From Candidatus Woesearchaeota archaeon (GTDB lineage Archaea > Nanobdellota > Nanobdellia > Pacearchaeales > GW2011-AR1), in NCBI GenBank assembly GCA_964530955.1, contig CAZHCL010000004.1:1-55264 (forward strand): a DNA stretch of 55,264 nt, in the 5' to 3' direction. This document shows positions 1 through 8,835 of this stretch, piece after piece; position 1 is the stretch's first letter, and every line of letters begins with the position of its first letter. A model generated the notes under the pieces. That model did no database searches. It was not told where the DNA came from and saw nothing but the letters and a program-made list of their open reading frames with translations. Both the position numbers and the translations under genes were made by a program.

Positions 1-2
1 AA

Positions 3-821
3 CTTCAAGAGTCAATAAATGCAGTAGGTATTCTCGTTCCATTAATTGTTTATTTTGATGAAAAAAAGAAAAAATATATTCTTTTAGATGGAGAAAGGAG
101 ATTAAGATGTGCAAAATCATTAAAATATAAAACAGTTCCAGCGAATATCATGTCGAAGCCTTCACGATTACAAAATATACTACAAATGTTCAATATTCAT
201 AATGTAAGAATAGAATGGGGACCAATGGAAGTAGCATGGAAAATAAAGACAATTATGGAAGAAGCTGGAACGGAAAAGGAATCAGAATTAGCAAGAATGA
301 CTTCTTTAAAGCCAACAGAAATCAGAAAATCAAAAATATTACTTTCTTTTGATTCTAAATATCAAGAACTTGTACATTTGGGACCTAATAATAACGGAAT
401 AAAACAGGATTTTTTAGTTGAATTAAAACCTACACTTAATTGGTTAGAAAAAGAATTACCTGAGATAAAAAAGAACAAATTAATAGATGTTTTTATTGAA
501 AAACATAAAAATAAAATAATTGACAACTACGTAACTGGTTTTAGAAACTTAAGTAAAGTTGTAAAATCTGGATTAAAGAAGGAAAAAATACGTAGCATCT
601 TCAGAAACTTGATAGAAAAAGCAGATTACTCTTTAGAAGACGCATTTGAAGCATCAGTTAAATATAAAATCGACATAGTAGAAATAGAAAGAAGAACTGA
701 TAAATTACTTAATCTTCTTGGAAAATTAAAGATAAAAAAGAATAGTGATTCAGATAATCTTGTAAGCTTATTAAAACAACTAAGGGAGAGAATAAATATT
801 ATATTGAAAGATGAAAAATGA
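3..821 (+). CDS. ParB/Srx N-terminal domain protein, 5' truncated by the window edge
   Basis: Frame 3 is open from position 3, upstream of the ORF-track Met at 150: LQESINAVGILVPLIVYFDEKKKKYILLDGERRLRCAK, the ParB-type 'G.L.P..V ... DGERR' motif. The C-terminal part is not a typical ParB HTH/dimer region. Confidence 0.8.
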   Translation, partial: LQESINAVGILVPLIVYFDEKKKKYILLDGERRLRCAKSLKYKTVPANIMSKPSRLQNILQMFNIHNVRIEWGPMEVAWKIKTIMEEAGTEKESELARMTSLKPTEIRKSKILLSFDSKYQELVHLGPNNNGIKQDFLVELKPTLNWLEKELPEIKKNKLIDVFIEKHKNKIIDNYVTGFRNLSKVVKSGLKKEKIRSIFRNLIEKADYSLEDAFEASVKYKIDIVEIERRTDKLLNLLGKLKIKKNSDSDNLVSLLKQLRERINIILKDEK

Positions 822-1698
822 AACTAAGAAAGCATTTAAAAACTTTATAAAAGAGAATAATTTTAAATATTTAAAAAAAAGTAAAATATTACCATATATT
901 GATTATGAATTTAGTTTTTATCACAATGATGATGAAACTATAGCAACATATGTTTTAGATATTGAAAGTGAGTCTATACATCCTTTGATTGATGCAACAA
1001 GAACTTGTAGTCTTACAAAATCAACAATTAAAATTTTATTATTCATACCTTCAAGTTGTAATATGCCTGCAGATATAAAAACTAAAATTTATAATACACA
1101 AATAGAAATATACGTTGTAAATGAGGGAATAGCAGAAAGCTATATTAAAGCTTCTGAAATAAAAATGCAAGAAAAAAGTAGACTGAAAAATTTAATGACG
1201 ATTATTAATTCAATTAATATAGCATCTACAAATTATTTGGGTTTAAAATTATTCAAAATAGATAAAAAACTATTTAATAAGTTTAAAATTACTATAGATG
1301 ATGAAGAAGGATTTATTTATCAGATACAAACAATAGTTTCAATAATAGAAAGTCTTGAATATTCAAAAATCAGAGCAGGGTTACCAAAGCTAAAGAAGAA
1401 TGAGTCTACTTTTATTGAAAAAAAACAATCAATATCAGTTATAGAACTAATTTTTAAGAAAAATAAAAGACCAATAGATGCAAAATTTCAACGTGCAATT
1501 AGAGAGTTAAGAAATCTAAGAGATCTCAGAAACATGCCTCCTGCCCACCCTTCATCAACTTATAAAAAGGTTTGCAAGATATATATTGGTAAAAAAATAC
1601 CGAAAACAAAAACTGATTGGAAAAGACTCAGTCAAGTAGCTTTATCTCGTTTTGAAGAAAGTCTTAAAGATTTAAAGGAGTGCATACTCAGAAAATGA
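811..1698 (+). CDS. Hypothetical protein with a C-terminal HEPN-like RxxxxxH motif and a possible degenerate restriction-endonuclease-like N-terminus
   Basis: LRDLRNMPPAH (Rx5H) lies in a helical C-terminal half. The gene overlaps the upstream ParB gene and the downstream MTase (ATGA overlap at 1695-1698). Confidence 0.5.
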   Translation: MKNETKKAFKNFIKENNFKYLKKSKILPYIDYEFSFYHNDDETIATYVLDIESESIHPLIDATRTCSLTKSTIKILLFIPSSCNMPADIKTKIYNTQIEIYVVNEGIAESYIKASEIKMQEKSRLKNLMTIINSINIASTNYLGLKLFKIDKKLFNKFKITIDDEEGFIYQIQTIVSIIESLEYSKIRAGLPKLKKNESTFIEKKQSISVIELIFKKNKRPIDAKFQRAIRELRNLRDLRNMPPAHPSSTYKKVCKIYIGKKIPKTKTDWKRLSQVALSRFEESLKDLKECILRK

Positions 1699-2531
1699 AA
1701 ATTCCTACATTTCTAAAATGGGCTGGTGGAAAAAGAAAATTACTAGAACAAATAGACATTCACTTGCCTATTGAAATTAAAAATTATTTTGAACCATTCT
1801 TAGGTGCAGGTTCAGTCTTTTTCTATATTAAACAGAAGTATAATCCAAAAAAATGTACTATTTCAGATATAAATAAGGATCTAATTAATACTTTTATAGC
1901 AGTTAGAGACAGACCATTGGAATTAATAAAGTATGTTGAAAAGTTGAAAAGTGAAAATAATAAAGAGTTTTATTTAAAAGTAAGATATCTTTTCAATCAA
2001 AATAAAATTACTGGAATAAAGAGATGTGCTACTTTTATTTATCTAAATAAAACTTGTTTTAATGGGTTATATAGGGTGAATAAAGCAGGTGAATTCAACG
2101 TACCTTATGGTAAATATAACAATCCAGAAATAATCAATAAAGAAAATATACTTCTTGCAAGCGAGTTATTGCAAGGTGTCAATATTTTATGTGGTGACTA
2201 CAATATTATTAGAAGTAAAGTAAATGAGAATGATTTTGTTTATCTCGATCCTTGTTACGATCCATTAACTAAAACCAGCTTTGCAAATTATACTCCTGAT
2301 CGCTTCTCTGAAAAAGATAATGATAAATTAGCTAATTTTATTTATGATCTTAAAAATAAGGGGGCAAAAATCTTATTCAGTAATAACGTTACAAATGGTG
2401 TAAAAAGAAGATACCCTCAAAAAGAAGGATTCAAATGGATATTTGTAGAATGTTGTCGTAGTATAAATTCAATAAGTTCAAAACGAGGCAAAATTCAAGA
2501 ACTACTTATAAAAACATATAATCAAAATTGA
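1695..2531 (+). CDS. Dam-family (D12 class) N6-adenine DNA methyltransferase
   Basis: FLKWAGGK, YFEPFLGAGSVF (motif I), FIYLNKTCFNGLYRVN..GEFNVPYG; motif IV reads DPCY. Start placed at ATG 1695, overlapping the upstream TGA. Confidence 0.9.
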   Translation: MKIPTFLKWAGGKRKLLEQIDIHLPIEIKNYFEPFLGAGSVFFYIKQKYNPKKCTISDINKDLINTFIAVRDRPLELIKYVEKLKSENNKEFYLKVRYLFNQNKITGIKRCATFIYLNKTCFNGLYRVNKAGEFNVPYGKYNNPEIINKENILLASELLQGVNILCGDYNIIRSKVNENDFVYLDPCYDPLTKTSFANYTPDRFSEKDNDKLANFIYDLKNKGAKILFSNNVTNGVKRRYPQKEGFKWIFVECCRSINSISSKRGKIQELLIKTYNQN

Positions 2532-2646
2532 GTACAATAATCTATCCACTCAATCTCGACAAAGTTTATAAACTCACGTCGCTAAATTAGATTAGCTAAA
2601 TAATATAATAGCGAAGCGCTCTCACACCGAGACATTAATTGGTCCG

Positions 2647-2662
2647 GGCGTTTCTACTTTTT
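2647..2662 (+). repeat. 16-nt direct repeat copy 1 (GGCGTTTCTACTTTTT), possible att-like site
   Basis: Exact match to 4016-4031; both copies are intergenic. Confidence 0.55.
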
Positions 2663-2728
2663 GTCTATTTTGAGAGATGTACATATTTCATACAAGTGCC
2701 TTAAAAAGAAAAAATAAGTTACATCCAT

Positions 2729-2869
2729 ATGAAAATAGATCCATACAAGCACAAAGAAAAATATCTTAATTGGAAGGAAAAGACCAAAGAGAGCATTGAA
2801 GGTATAAGTGAATTTAATTATAATATCATCAAGCAATACCTTTCAGACATGGAGAAAGGCATTAATTAA
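2729..2869 (+). pseudogene. Probable N-terminal fragment of a DPANN-type tyrosine recombinase/integrase
   Basis: 46-aa ORF not in the track: MKIDPYKHKEKYLNWKEKTKESIEGISEFNYNIIKQYLSDMEKGIN*. From memory it resembles the N-terminus of Pace/Woesearchaeota integrases; no catalytic domain follows. Confidence 0.45.
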
Positions 2870-2958
2870 CAATCAGTTCATCATAAATAGGGCGTTTTTC
2901 ATAAATGTCCCAATTTAAAATTAGAAAGGAATTTAATCAGCAGTTTACCCTCTAGTAT

Positions 2959-3465
2959 ATGAAAAAGAAGGTTGTTGTAAATGATTTGATGCAGAAGAGG
3001 TACGTTTATTTTCTGACAGAACCAGTAGGAAAAAACTTTGATCATGAATTTAATCCAGAACTCACTCCAAAACAGATGCTTGAACTCGGAGTATTTGGTG
3101 GAAAATATATAACTGATTGCAAAGAAGAGTTTCCCAAAGAATGGTTCAAAAAGGCGAAATTGAACCATCAATTTCATGATGCTCAGCTGAATTATTTTAA
3201 AGTTAATGCCTCTCAATCCTTGCAGGTATGGAGAGCTAAAGGATGGATTTACAAGGAAGACCCGCGAGGCTGGTTCCAGTGGTATTGTCGTTATTATATG
3301 GGAAGAAGAATACAAAAAGAAGATAAAAGACAAATAAAGAGATGGAAAGCAATAGTAAGACATATAGGGGCCATAAAGAAAAATTGTAAAAAAGGAGATA
3401 TGAATTGTAGAATAAAAGAAAGACAAGCCTTACTGCACTGGGCTTATGATTCTAGGAAGATTTAG
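2959..3465 (+). CDS. Conserved hypothetical protein (PELTPxxMLxLGVFGGKY / DPRGWFQWYCRY family)
   Basis: Recognisable conserved motifs of a widespread uncharacterised family; intact ORF. Confidence 0.75.
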   Translation: MKKKVVVNDLMQKRYVYFLTEPVGKNFDHEFNPELTPKQMLELGVFGGKYITDCKEEFPKEWFKKAKLNHQFHDAQLNYFKVNASQSLQVWRAKGWIYKEDPRGWFQWYCRYYMGRRIQKEDKRQIKRWKAIVRHIGAIKKNCKKGDMNCRIKERQALLHWAYDSRKI

Positions 3466-3630
3466 AATTTAAAATATCCAGTAACTAAATCCAACAAATT
3501 AATTTGTTAAAGACGTAAAAATGGGACACTTTGTTCTGGGTTCTGATCCGGGATTTTTTGTCGATAACAAATTATTGTTTAACTACTTCAAGATAGAAAT
3601 GTTTAAAATCTAGAGCAAATACCTTTTCTC

Positions 3631-3990
3631 ATGATAAAACAAATAGGAAGACATTTGCTAATGTACGGAGTTCCTTATATGATAATTGGATCCGCATCAT
3701 TTCAACTTGGGCTACAAGATCATAGAAATAGTCAATACCATGATTTGGGAGAGGGTTATAGAGTTAGAGAAACTGCAACTGAGAGAATTTTTGTTTTTGG
3801 AAATGGGCGCTTCGGAGTAGAAGATAAAAAAGAGGGCGGGCTAGATAAAGTTTTAATTAACTTACCTATCTCTCCTATGATGGGTGGTCCAGGATATGTT
3901 CCTTTTAAGGTTAAAACTACCCCTGAAGATATTAAGAATTTTGAGAGAGCAAGTTCTTTACTTAAATCTATGAAAAAAAATCCTAATTAG
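3631..3990 (+). CDS. Hypothetical protein, N-terminal hydrophobic segment
   Basis: Intact ORF preceded by TTTAAAA about 25 nt upstream. Confidence 0.6.
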   Translation: MIKQIGRHLLMYGVPYMIIGSASFQLGLQDHRNSQYHDLGEGYRVRETATERIFVFGNGRFGVEDKKEGGLDKVLINLPISPMMGGPGYVPFKVKTTPEDIKNFERASSLLKSMKKNPN

Positions 3991-4015
3991 GTCATCTTTT
4001 CCGAAGAATGGCTCT

Positions 4016-4031
4016 GGCGTTTCTACTTTTT
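4016..4031 (+). repeat. 16-nt direct repeat copy 2 (GGCGTTTCTACTTTTT)
   Basis: Exact match to 2647-2662. Confidence 0.55.
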
Positions 4032-4140
4032 CTAAAAAACGCAGGATTACACAATAGAAAATTCAAAACAAGGTCTTACAAATCAAATGTTCATATAACT
4101 AGAGCGTTTAATTTATTAATCTATTTTTCTTAATCCTTTT

Positions 4141-4707
4141 ATGACAGAGATAAAAGAAGTTGAAGTATACAAAAAAGGCGATTTCTCTAAATGGCTGGAA
4201 GAGAACGGGATAAAAGAAAACAAAGTGCGCGTAGTAATTCACAAGAAGCATACTGGCAAGTCAGATGTTAATGCTGCATATCTTATGAGAGAAGCAATAT
4301 GCTTTGGGTGGATTGATACCACAGCAAAAAGACTTGATGAAGATAGATACATGATAAACTATTCCAAAAGAACAGAAAAGAGCAGATGGAGCGACAACAC
4401 TTTGCGATACGGAAAAGAGCTGATAAAAGAAGGAAAGATGTCTCCACAGGGCTTGAAATTCTATGAACTTGGACTTGCAAAGCCAACTCACGATCATGGA
4501 ATACCTAAAGACCCTAAGATGCCAAAAGAACTAAGGCTTGAGCTGTCAAAGAATGAAAAGGCAAGGGATAATTTTTCAATGTTCTCAAAGTCGACAAAGA
4601 GAATGTTCTATAGATGGCTGTTAAGAGCAAAGCAGGAAGAAACAAAAAATAAGAGGATAAAGATAATTATTGAATCAGCTCTGAAAAATAAGAAAGATTT
4701 GAATTGA
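4141..4707 (+). CDS. YdeI/OmpD-associated family protein
   Basis: WLEEN...EAICFGWID...YSKRTEKSRWS, plus a C-terminal 'P.EL...L...A...F ...W...AK..ETK..RI' domain. Confidence 0.85.
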   Translation: MTEIKEVEVYKKGDFSKWLEENGIKENKVRVVIHKKHTGKSDVNAAYLMREAICFGWIDTTAKRLDEDRYMINYSKRTEKSRWSDNTLRYGKELIKEGKMSPQGLKFYELGLAKPTHDHGIPKDPKMPKELRLELSKNEKARDNFSMFSKSTKRMFYRWLLRAKQEETKNKRIKIIIESALKNKKDLN

Positions 4708-4723
4708 TTGCTTAAAAGAATTC

Positions 4724-5086
4724 TCAATCAACTGCATGAGGGACATATCTGACAGTATTTTCGCTACTAGCAGGAGGGTTATAAGCAAATTTCAATCTTT
4801 CCCTGCAAGCTAGAAAAGCTTCGGCCACCATTGCCTGAAATCCTTCAAAGTGGAATGTTGTTCCTTTATCAGTTACTTCCGCGTGTTTAGGAATTTTTAA
4901 TCCCTGACTGCTTTTTTGTCTGGCAATTCCAGAATAACTTAAAACATTTCCTTCAACTCTAGCTGCAAGATCTCTGGTGGTAATAGAAGGAACGTGAATT
5001 GCATAGGTTGCATACTCTCCTAAATTAGCAGGGCTTAACACAACAGGCGCTTGATGCCTTGTCGCTCCAAGATATTCTCTTGCCAT
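4724..5086 (-). CDS. Hypothetical protein
   Basis: Intact 120-aa ORF with no competing frame. Confidence 0.55.
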   Translation of the reverse strand: MAREYLGATRHQAPVVLSPANLGEYATYAIHVPSITTRDLAARVEGNVLSYSGIARQKSSQGLKIPKHAEVTDKGTTFHFEGFQAMVAEAFLACRERLKFAYNPPASSENTVRYVPHAVD

Positions 5087-5206
5087 GCTTCAGAATAAAT
5101 ATTGTGCCTTTAAATATATTTCGATTTGATATAACTTTATAATTAATACACTAAATTTCATTTGAAAAATGTAAGATTTAAATAGCCTTTTCTCCTGACC
5201 TGAAAG

Positions 5207-6868
5207 ATGTTTGAGAAGGGAAAGACACAAAAAAAGAATTTTAATTTATTAGTCTTTACTTTTATTTCCGCCATAATTATTCTTTCTTTGCAGTTTGCTT
5301 CTGCTGCACAATCTGCAGTAGACCTTGGAACTGCTGGTAACTTTGCCATATTAAGTACTTCGGGAATTTCAAATACTGGAACTAGTTCAATAGTTGGAAA
5401 TGTTGGAGCCAATTCTGCCAGCAGCACAATAACAGGTTTTTCTCTAATCAGCGACTCGTCCAATAGATTTTCTACATCCTCTCTAGTTGATGGAAATGTT
5501 TATGCTTCTGACTATTCCTCTCCAACTCCTTCAGTTACTTTCTCTGCGGTTAAAGACATGCAAACAGCTTACGATGATGCAGCTGGTAGAACATCACCCG
5601 ATTTTACTGACCTAAACTCTGGAAATATAGGCGGTATGAATCTACCTGCGGGTCTTTACAAGTGGAATACGGGAGTATCGATTACTTCCGATCTTGTTCT
5701 CTCTGGAAACTCCAGCGATGTATGGATACTTCAGGTGCATGGAAATCTCTTTATGTCATCAGGTACCAACATTATTTTATCAGGAGGAGCACAGGCAAAG
5801 AATGTTTTCTGGCAAGTTAAAGGGCTAACTCTGCTAGGGTCAAGTTCTACTTTCAATGGAAACATATTAGGAAATAACCAAATAGTCTTTGATACTGGTT
5901 CAACATTAAACGGAAGAGCTTTAGCTCTATCATCAGTTAGTCTAAAATCTGATACTCTTACCTCTCCTAACAAAAATGATTTCCAATCACCAATAACAAT
6001 TGCTACAAATGTTGGAAACAGTTGGACAAACTCCGATTATAATGTGACTCTAAACGCAACCTCATTCAATAATACCTATATTTACCAAATAATCTATTCA
6101 TTAAATAACATTTCTGGACAGATAAATGGAAGTTCTGGAAATATATTGATAAATGTGAGCGGAAACAATACACTTACTTTTTACGCTGTTGATAGCTTCA
6201 GTCATTCAGAGGTATTAAAGACAGTTTATCCTCTTCTTGATGAAATAGCACCTAATATAACTTCATTTAATCTTTCATCTTCAAGTGTAAATGTTGGAGG
6301 AGTTATCACCTCATCGTGCATTGCTACTGACAATGTTGATTCTAATGTCAGTATTAATGTAACTGGAATAGATATCTCTGTAGCTGGAAATTACACTGCA
6401 AACTGCACGGCAACAGACTTTGCTGGCAACACAGCAGTTGCTTATGCAAATTATACTGTAACAACCCCCACACCAACTTCAACATCTAATGGAAATAGCG
6501 GCGGTGGAGGCGGAGGAAGTCAGTGTTTAACAAATTGGACTTGCTCAGATTGGTCAGTATGTTCAAACAACATACAGACAAGAACTTGCAATAGAATAAG
6601 ATCCTACTGCTATGCTGGAGCTCAGCCTGCTCTGAATCAGACTTGCACTATCCCTGTAAATTCTCAGAATAATAATGAATCCAACTCTGGAGCAAGCACT
6701 TCTGCAACCTCAAGTGGATCCAATGGCGCAGGTGCGGGAATAACTGGAGCAGTAACTGGTGCTTTGAAAAATGCTGGAATAAATTCAACAGTCCTTGCAG
6801 TAATTGTATTGATTGGAGTGGGCATATATGCCTTTGTTGTTCTGGCAGTAAAACCAAGAGCTATTTAG
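5207..6868 (+). CDS. Secreted, membrane-anchored DUF3494 (ice-binding-like) protein with Ig-like stalk, Cys-rich TSP1-like module and C-terminal TM (paralog 1)
   Basis: Signal peptide; VDLGTAGNFAILS, DMQTAYDDAAGR, GGAQAKNVFWQV, LNGRALA (DUF3494); CxxxWTCSDWSVC module; hydrophobic C-terminus. Confidence 0.9.
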   Translation: MFEKGKTQKKNFNLLVFTFISAIIILSLQFASAAQSAVDLGTAGNFAILSTSGISNTGTSSIVGNVGANSASSTITGFSLISDSSNRFSTSSLVDGNVYASDYSSPTPSVTFSAVKDMQTAYDDAAGRTSPDFTDLNSGNIGGMNLPAGLYKWNTGVSITSDLVLSGNSSDVWILQVHGNLFMSSGTNIILSGGAQAKNVFWQVKGLTLLGSSSTFNGNILGNNQIVFDTGSTLNGRALALSSVSLKSDTLTSPNKNDFQSPITIATNVGNSWTNSDYNVTLNATSFNNTYIYQIIYSLNNISGQINGSSGNILINVSGNNTLTFYAVDSFSHSEVLKTVYPLLDEIAPNITSFNLSSSSVNVGGVITSSCIATDNVDSNVSINVTGIDISVAGNYTANCTATDFAGNTAVAYANYTVTTPTPTSTSNGNSGGGGGGSQCLTNWTCSDWSVCSNNIQTRTCNRIRSYCYAGAQPALNQTCTIPVNSQNNNESNSGASTSATSSGSNGAGAGITGAVTGALKNAGINSTVLAVIVLIGVGIYAFVVLAVKPRAI

Positions 6869-6913
6869 TTTTATCATCAATGAATTTAAAAAGTATTAAT
6901 CAATATTATAAAC

Positions 6914-7330
6914 GTGGCTAATAATAAAAAAGTGAGAGGTTTTGTCACAGATATAGAGAAAGATGTCTTGGATAATAAAAATTTTAGAAAAGTTCTCTAT
7001 ACTTCAAAGCATAGTCAGCTGGTTTTGATGACTCTTCTTCCAAATCAGGAAATAGGTATGGAAGTCCATCCTAAAAATGACCAATTCTTCAGGTTTGAAA
7101 GTGGAAATGGTCTATGTATAATTAACGGCCATAAATATAAAATTAAAGATGGAACGGCAGTAATAGTTCCTGCTGGGGCTAATCACAATATAATAAATAC
7201 ATCTTCCACTAAAAAATTAAAAATGTATACTATTTACTCTCCTGCTCATCATAGAGACCAAGTTTTACATAAAACAAAACAAGAAGCCGAGTCAGATAAT
7301 GAAAAGTTCAACGGAAAAACAACGGAATAA
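6914..7330 (+). CDS. Cupin-domain protein
   Basis: EIGMEVHPKNDQFFRFESG ... VPAGANHNIIN ... YSPAHH cupin motifs; GTG start. Confidence 0.9.
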   Translation: MANNKKVRGFVTDIEKDVLDNKNFRKVLYTSKHSQLVLMTLLPNQEIGMEVHPKNDQFFRFESGNGLCIINGHKYKIKDGTAVIVPAGANHNIINTSSTKKLKMYTIYSPAHHRDQVLHKTKQEAESDNEKFNGKTTE

Positions 7331-7341
7331 AAAAGTATAAA

Positions 7342-7797
7342 TTATTTCTTAAAACTAACTCTATCATCAGTCTCTAAATAATCAAATAAGGTAGTTTTCT
7401 CAGCATCCAAACCTAATCTTGTGCATTCAGAAACAAACCAATCCTTTTTAGCAGGGTCTCTGTAATAGTAATCGTTTTCAGCTTTGTCTGACCATGCCTT
7501 AATCTCTTTTGCACTTCTCTTCTTACCATTTTCATTCACCCACTTAAGTATTTCTTCATCAGTTCTTCCCTGAGAAACAAATTTCTTGAATTCCTCGCTG
7601 TTTAAGTCCTTGAAAGAAAATAAATTTTTATCCAATGGGCAGTTAAAATGATACTCTCCAGGTTGATTCAATATGGTTGCTCTGCATTTATCTATTGTTC
7701 TAAATAGTATAGCAAACCCTCCAAGTTGTATTCTTGGACTTCTTGGAGCTTCTTTCGCCAGATTTTTAGCTAATTTGAGTAAATTTTCATTTAACAT
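7342..7797 (-). CDS. DUF5069-like protein
   Basis: PRSPR..LGG...L.R.IDK.RA......GEYHFNCPLD signature. Confidence 0.75.
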   Translation of the reverse strand: MLNENLLKLAKNLAKEAPRSPRIQLGGFAILFRTIDKCRATILNQPGEYHFNCPLDKNLFSFKDLNSEEFKKFVSQGRTDEEILKWVNENGKKRSAKEIKAWSDKAENDYYYRDPAKKDWFVSECTRLGLDAEKTTLFDYLETDDRVSFKK

Positions 7798-7938
7798 ATA
7801 AACCTATAGATTTCAGAGTATATAATTGTATCGGTTGACCGATATATATTATTTTAAATGTATTTTGTAAATTTAGTAATTTCAAGCAATAAACTTAAAT
7901 ATCCTCCTTACCTAATCTATAAAATGGTGAGGTGCTAG

Positions 7939-8835
7939 GTGAAAAAGGTCAGTGATACAAAGGAACTTAAAATTATTGCAGATGATATCAGAGAAGAAAT
8001 AATAAAAATGCTTGTTGAAGCAGGTTCTGGTCACTCTGCAGGTCCTTTAGGAATGTCTGACGTTTTCGCTGCTCTTTATTTTAATATTTTGAATCACGAA
8101 CCAAAAAATCCTAGTTGGGAAAATAGAGATAGACTTGTTTTATCAAATGGGCACATTTGTCCTGTGTTATATGCCTCTCTTGCAAAGTCAGGTTATTTTC
8201 CAGTGAGTGAACTAAAGACATTAAGAAAAATCGGATCAAGATTACAGGGACATCCTCATTTGCATGCTCTTCCAGGAATAGAAACAAGCACGGGACCTTT
8301 AGGTCAGGGAACTTCCGTTGCAGCAGGTATGGCCTACGGAGCTAAGATGGATAATAAAAAATATAAAATATTTCTTTCAATGGGTGATGGCGAGTTAGAT
8401 GAAGGTCAGTGTTGGGAATCATTTATGTTTGCAGGCAAATATAAGCTGGATAATTTAATAGGATTTGTTGACAGAAATAATATTCAGATCGATGGTACAA
8501 CCGATGATGTCATGCCTCTAGAGCCTTTAGCTAAAAAATTCCAGGCATTTAACTGGAATGTCATTGAAATAGATGGAAATGACATGAAGCAGATAATTTC
8601 TGCCTTCAATCAGGCAAGAAATCATAGAGGAAAGCCCACGGTTGTTATTTGCAAAACAATTCCTGGAAAAGGAGTTAGTTTTATGGAAAAAAGATTTGAG
8701 TGGCACGGCAAAACACCAAATAAAGAAGAGGCAATTAAAGCTCTGCATCAAATATGTGAAGATGAGTGCAAAATTCGAGGGCTCAATTCAGAAAAATGCA
8801 AATTGTTACTTGAACAGTCTGGGAGGCTTGAATGA
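7939..8835 (+). CDS. tkt: Transketolase, N-terminal (TPP-binding) subunit
   Basis: AGSGHSAG, DRLVLSNGH, LQGHP, STGPLGQG, GDGELDEG...DRNN TPP motif. Confidence 0.93.
   Translation: MKKVSDTKELKIIADDIREEIIKMLVEAGSGHSAGPLGMSDVFAALYFNILNHEPKNPSWENRDRLVLSNGHICPVLYASLAKSGYFPVSELKTLRKIGSRLQGHPHLHALPGIETSTGPLGQGTSVAAGMAYGAKMDNKKYKIFLSMGDGELDEGQCWESFMFAGKYKLDNLIGFVDRNNIQIDGTTDDVMPLEPLAKKFQAFNWNVIEIDGNDMKQIISAFNQARNHRGKPTVVICKTIPGKGVSFMEKRFEWHGKTPNKEEAIKALHQICEDECKIRGLNSEKCKLLLEQSGRLE

Noticed and set aside
2654-3426. Minus-strand ORFs 2654-2836 and 2899-3426
   Set aside because: Antisense shadows of the integrase fragment and the conserved 2959-3465 gene.
3493-3508. Perfect 16-bp palindrome AACAAATTAATTTGTT
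   Set aside because: Almost entirely A/T in an AT-rich genome, with no linked regulator; could be a terminator, but unsupported.
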